64,000 bases of DNA from NCBI RefSeq assembly GCF_009914755.1, contig NC_060926.1; one strand, 5' to 3'. Source of the stretch: the human T2T-CHM13v2.0 reference genome, Homo sapiens. A program made the translations under genes and the position numbers. Below the pieces are notes generated by a model. It was not told the DNA's origin. It did not search any database and saw nothing but the letters and a program-made list of their open reading frames with translations. Of this stretch, positions 56,470 to 64,000 are shown one piece after another (position 1 is the stretch's first letter; each line of letters opens with the position of its first letter).

Positions 56470-57398
56470 CCGAGCTATTTTTCCTCAGAAATTCTGACAT
56501 CAAATGTGTGAATTTTTTCTCACACCAACCAATTCTCCAACTTTCCGGACACCAACGGGGTATCCTACAATTCAATTCAATTATAACATTAACGGCCCAG
56601 CATTAGCAGCAGACTCCACAGGTTTTAAAGAGTCCTCAATTCCAATGCCATTCGCAAGTATTGGGTCCCCAGGTTACCCACACACACTTCTTGGGTACAA
56701 AGTCAGGGAGTTCCCACAACTTTCTCCCCTTCAGCTTGATAATTTGCTACAATGACTCACAGAACTCAGGAGCACTCTTATATTAATATTTACTGGCTCT
56801 TTATAAAAGATATAACTTGGGAACAGCCAAACAGAAGAGATGCAGAGAGCAAGATATTGGCAGGGGTGTTGGAAGCCCCGCGCCCTCTCTGGGCACACCA
56901 CCCTCCTAGCAATTTGATGTGTTCACCAACCCAGAAGCTCACTGAACCTGTCATTAGGGGTTTTTATGGAGGTTTTGTCAAATCAGGATGACCAATTATT
57001 AACTCAGTCTTCAGCTCTTCACACTTCCCCACATATTGAGGGGATGGGCTGAAAGTTCCAGGCTTCTCATCAAGGTCTAGTCTTTCTGGTGACCAGGCCC
57101 CATCCTGAAGCTATCTAGGGCCCCAGCAAGAAACCTCAGTAGAACAAAAGATGCTTCTATCAACCAGGAAATTCCAAGAGATTAAGGAGCTCTGTGTCGG
57201 AAACTGGGGACAGAGACTAAATATTAGAACAAACGACGCTCCTATCATCCCTATCACTCAAGAAATGGCAGTTTTAAGAGCTCTGTGTCAAAAATCAGGG
57301 ACAAAGTCCAAATAGATAGATAGATAGATACACATATATATACATATCTCTCTCTCTATATATATACACATATATATCTATTTCTTACTATGTCACAC
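56470..57398 (-). mobile_element. MER21-like LTR
   Basis: ttctgacatcaaatgtgtg...tcacaccaaccaattctcc...cctacaattcaattcaatt...tcaccaacccagaagctc...caggaaattccaag, ending tgtcaca. Matches the recalled MER21 consensus. Confidence 0.7.
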
Positions 57399-57469
57399 AT
57401 GCTAACTCCTTATTCTGAAATAAAAGCAAAAAGCAAACACCAAACCAATAACAAAAAGCCTCCACAATG

Positions 57470-58148
57470 TACAGGTGTTATGGGGTCACATCATGATAAA
57501 CCTATTGCGAATTGGGAATATTCTTAAATAAAAAATGCATTTAATGTACCTAATCCACCAAACATCATAGCTTAGCCTAGCCTACCTTAAATGAGCTTGG
57601 AACACTTACAATAGCCTACAACTGGGCAGAATCATTAAACACAAAGTCATTTTACAATGAAGTGTTGGCTGGACGCAGAGGCTCATGCCTATAATCCCAT
57701 CACTTGGATACTGAGGCAGGAAGATTGGGCCGGGCACGGTGGCTCACGCCTGTAAGCCCAACACTTTTGGGAGACTGAGGCAGGTGGATCACCTGAGGTC
57801 AGAAGTTCGACACCAGCCTGGCCAACATGGTGAAACCACGTCTCTACTAAAAATACAAAAATTAGCTGGGCGTGGTGGCAGGCACCTGTAATCTCCTAGC
57901 TACTCCGGAGGCTGAACCAGGAGACTTGCTTGAACCCAGGAGGCGGAGGTGGCAGTTAGCCAATATCGTGCCATTGCACTCTAGCCTGGGCGGCAGATCA
58001 AGACTGTGTCTCAAAAGAAAAAAAAAAAAAAAAACTGGACGACTTAGTACAGATGGTCCCTGATTTACCATGGTTTGACTTAGGATTTTTCAGCTTTACC
58101 ATGGTAACCATACAACTATTCTGTCTTTCAGTACAGAACTCAATGAAT
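57470..58148. mobile_element. MER47-like Tigger MITE in two pieces (57470-57667 and 58048-58148) separated by Alus
   Basis: Piece 1 contains aaaatgcatttaat...aacatcatagcttagcctagcctaccttaaa. Piece 2 begins with the terminal repeat tacagatggtccctgatttaccatggtttgactta. Confidence 0.65.
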
Positions 58149-58241
58149 CGGCCGGGTGCAAGTGCCCGCCTGTAATCCCTGCACTTTGGGAGGCCGAGGC
58201 GGACGGATCACGGGGTCAGGAGATCGAGACCATCCTGGCTA

Positions 58242-58526
<285 letters not shown>

Positions 58527-59054
58527 TCAAGTGATCCTCCCACTTCAGCCTCCTAAGCGGTGAGTAGCTGGGACCACAGGTGCCCCACTATGCATGGCTA
58601 ATTTTTTTGTTTTTCTTTTTGTAGAGACAGGGTCTCAATACGTTGCCCAGGCTGGTCTCGAGCTCCTGGGCTCAAGCAATCCTGCCAATTAGCTGGGATT
58701 ATAGACATGTGCCACCATGCCCAGCATATATTTACTTTCATTAATCTATACTACTGCATCAAAATTATTATAATGTTGTGGCATGTTAAGTCTTTTTTTT
58801 TTTCTGAGACAGAGTTTCACTCTTGTTGCCCAGGCTGGAGCGCAATGGCGCAATCTTGGCTCACCGCAACTTCCGCCTCCTGTGTTCAAGGGATTCTCCT
58901 GCCTCAGCCTCCGGAGTAGCTAGGATTACAGGCACGTGCCACCACGCCCGGCTAATTTTGTATTTTTAGTAGAGACGGGGTTTCTTCATGTTGGTCAGGT
59001 TGTTCCTGACCTCAAGTGATCCGCCCGCCTCGGCTTCCCAAAGTGCTGGGATTA

Positions 59055-59439
<385 letters not shown>

Positions 59440-59686
59440 TTAAAGGAAAATAGAATTATTAAAATGAAAACAGTAAGCAACATAACTGTTACTATTTCAG
59501 CTAAGAATCTTAAAGCACATTACAGACACTTTTCATCTTAACAATTGGAAAAAACAAGTACTAGCAAGTGAATTGCTTAAGATTACATAGACTAGCCCAA
59601 TTCTAGAGAGAAATAATTCAAGTGTATCTTATTGTCATCTTGTTGTTAAGTACAGACATATTCAGATTTCACCAGTTTCCCACTAA

Positions 59687-59875
<189 letters not shown>

Positions 59876-60191
59876 TAGTAGAGATGGAGTCTTGCTGTGT
59901 TGCCCAGGCTGCTCTTGAACTCCTTGATTCAAGTGATCCTCTTGCCTCAGCCTCCCAAAGTCCTAGGATTACAGGCATGAGCCACTACATTTGACCTAAT
60001 GTCCTTTTTCTCTTCCAGAGAGTTAATCTTTCCTTGTCTTTCATGACCTTGACATTTTTGAAGAGTTCTAGTCAGTTACTTGGTATAACTGTCCCTGAGT
60101 TTGGGCTTGTCTTATGTTTTCTCATGATTAGATGAGTTAATATATTTTTGGCAAGAATCTCAGACATGATGTCCTATCAGGGAGTACATGA

Positions 60192-60410
<219 letters not shown>

Positions 60411-60589
60411 TGAATAGCTGGGACTACAGTCATGCATAACCACCCCTAGCTAATATTTTATTTCTTGTAGAGACAGGTTGCACTATGTTGAACATGCTGA
60501 GTTTGAACTCCTGGGCTCAAGCCATCCTGCCGTCTCAGCTTCCCAAGGTGTTGGGATTACAGGTGCGAGCCAGTGGGCCTGGCTACCAG

Positions 60590-61172
60590 TTGTATAGTTT
60601 TATATTGCTGCTGTAACAAATTACCTCAAGCCTAGCAGCTTACAACAACACCCGTTTACTATCTCAAATTAGCATCTTCATAGGTTAGATGCAGATTAAT
60701 GAGTTTGTTTCCACTTACTGTTCTATCAAGTTACCACATCGAGAGGCTTAAAATAAAACAAATTTTTTTCTTACAATTCAGGATGATAGAAGTCTGAAAT
60801 GGGTTATAGTGGGTTAAAATTAAGATCTCAAAAGGCCTGCATCCCTTCTGGGGGCTGTGGGAGAATCCATTCCCTTGTTTTTTCCAGCTTCTAGAAGCTA
60901 CCTGCATTCCTTGGCACATGTTCCCTTTTTCCATCTTTAAAGCCAACAGCATAGAATCTTCTAATCTGCTACCTCTGATCCTCCTGCCTCACTCATACAG
61001 ATGCTTCTGATTACATTGGGTCCGCACAGATACTCCAGGATCATCTCCCCATTTTAAGATCCTTACTTTAATCACATCTACAGAAATCCGTCTTGCCAGA
61101 TGAGGTAACATATTCACAGGTTTAGGGAATTAGAACATGGGCACTTTTGGGAGCCATTATTCTGCCTACCAC
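60590..61172 (-). mobile_element. ERVL-MaLR LTR (MLT1-type), probably composite
   Basis: attgctgctgtaacaaattacc...gggagaatccattcccttg...ttccagcttctagaagctacctgcattccttggc...gccattattctgcctaccaca. Confidence 0.8.
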
Positions 61173-61238
61173 ATGAATATATTTAGACTAATAAGACAAT
61201 CAGTCCATATAAATCAGGCAAAGGTAAAATGTCCTTAA

Positions 61239-61564
<326 letters not shown>

Positions 61565-62050
61565 TAAGCTACCACGCCTGGCCATGGGTAACTTTTTTTA
61601 AATTTGCAATACATTTGCACATTTATCTAGCTCCATAAAAAGTAATGTCATTAATCTTCCATTGGTAGCACATTGGCTTTCATTTGTCCTCCAGCAACAG
61701 TGAAGAACTGTTGTTAATCCATCTGTCTGTCAGCTCAGATTTTTACCAGTTATAAAAGCAACGATTATAATTTGCCATGATGCATTACTCTTCTGTCCAG
61801 AGAGCTCAGTTTATATGACCTGTATTCAGATCATTGGTTGGAAATTACATTGCCAGACCTAAATGAAAAAAAAAGTAAACATTCTCTTCATATTCTTGGC
61901 TATAAGTATGCTTTTACTTTTCATTCATTTATTCATTGAACAAATGTTTATTGAATATCTGTGCAAGGTACTGCAATAGGTATTGGTGCTATAAGGTCAT
62001 AATTCAAAATATGGGGATATTGCTTTTAGTAGCTTAACCTCAAGTAATAA

Positions 62051-62375
<325 letters not shown>

Positions 62376-63784
62376 TGAGCCACCCCAGCCTATATACTTA
62401 CTTTCTGTCTGGGAGGTAGTTTCTAAAACCAAGGTTTTCTCATTCTTATTACTGTTGACTGACTGGAAATAAAATTTTTGATATAAAGTATTATGTGTAA
62501 AAAACAAAATATATTATGTGTAAAAAGTCATTTAATGCTTTATATTTCTAGTACTGAACTATAGATTGGTTGCATACTAATTCACAGGATACTCAGTATT
62601 CGCTTTCTTTCTTTCTTTTTTGTTTAGATACAGGGTCTTGCTGTGTTGCCCAGGCTGGTCTCAAAGTGGGCTCAAGTGATCCTCCCGCCTTGGTCTCCCA
62701 AAGTGCTGGCATTACAGGTTTAAGGCACTATGTCTGGCCTCATACTTTTTAAAAGATGAAATTCTTAGAAGAATTTTTTTTTTTTAGATGGAGTCTCGCT
62801 CTTGTTTCCCAGGCTGAAGTGCAGTAGTGTGATCTCGGCTCACTGCAACCTCCGCCTCCCAGGTTCAGGCGATTCTCTTCCCTTAGCCTCTACAGGTGTG
62901 CGCCACCATACCTGGCTAATTTTTGTATTTTTAGTAGAGACGGGGTTTTACCACATTGGCCGGGCTGGTCTCAAACTCCTGACCTCCGGTGATCTGCCTG
63001 CCTCGGCCTCTGAAAGTGCTGGGATTACCAGCATGAGCCACCATGCCTGGCCCAGAAGAATTTTTTTAAGTGTAATACAATAAAAACAATTAACATTTAT
63101 TAAGCACTTACTCCTGCGCAGAGCTTTACAGATTATTTAGTCTTTCAAACACCTCTATGAGGTAGGTGTTATTATTATCAACATCCCCATTTCGCAGGTA
63201 TTAGTAATAGAGATGACGTAGCTGGGGAGTGGTAGAGCCAGAATTTAAATCTGGGGAACTGATCCCATTACTTCCTCCCTTAACGCACACATCAGTGTGT
63301 ACAGTATCTCATAGTGTTGCCACTCAGTAAATAGTGTAGGATATAATGATTGCTCCAAATCCTGCTCATAGATTGATCATTTTCCCCAATTTTGAAATAT
63401 CACTGAAAAACTATAACTTCGATGGCTTGTAAAACATGCAGGTATGGAAATTTCAGAAGGAGCCTAAGTGCCACACAGACTTAGTAAATCAAAGTCCTGT
63501 TAAACATACATACAATAACTAGCACCCAGGACATTGCTGATTCAAGTTCATCATTGCTGCTGTTGAAATCACCTCTTTAATTTGATGGCATGACTCAGGG
63601 AGAATGCAGCTTCAGCACAGTTATTCAGAATAAGGTAACTATATTCTAGTGCCTGTTTTACCATTAGCAATTACTTTCCCATAATTGAGACAGACTGCTG
63701 TCAATTTAGTTATTATTTTTCCAGTTCTTAGAAAATTCCTGAAGAAAATACTTAGGTAAATAAATTTTGGCTGCCTAGTGATGA

Positions 63785-63998
<214 letters not shown>

Positions 63999-64000
63999 GG

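Overview
Primate (human-like) genomic DNA, very Alu-dense. It carries the 5' part of INO80D (INO80 chromatin-remodelling complex subunit D) on the minus strand: a CpG-island promoter and first exon (~45790-46060), a 94-nt non-coding exon (23085-23178) and three coding exons (22733-22979, 16135-16880, 6442-6550). These splice in frame to 1073 coding nt, and the gene continues beyond the window start. A full-length RPL27 processed pseudogene with an open reading frame lies antisense in the following intron. The rest is Alu, L1, MIR/L2, LTR and Tigger/Charlie DNA-transposon fossils. I found no prokaryote-type system, CRISPR array or convincing new protein-coding gene. The best second-look signals are three uORFs in the INO80D leader (one ending in a TGATG stop/start overlap), multiple first-exon donors, a divergent transcript end with PUMILIO motifs, a possible intronic-polyA truncated isoform, a probable ~650-bp inversion splitting a MER47-like element, and several unusual Alu rearrangements. 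Repeat subfamily names are recalled from consensus sequences, not from a search.
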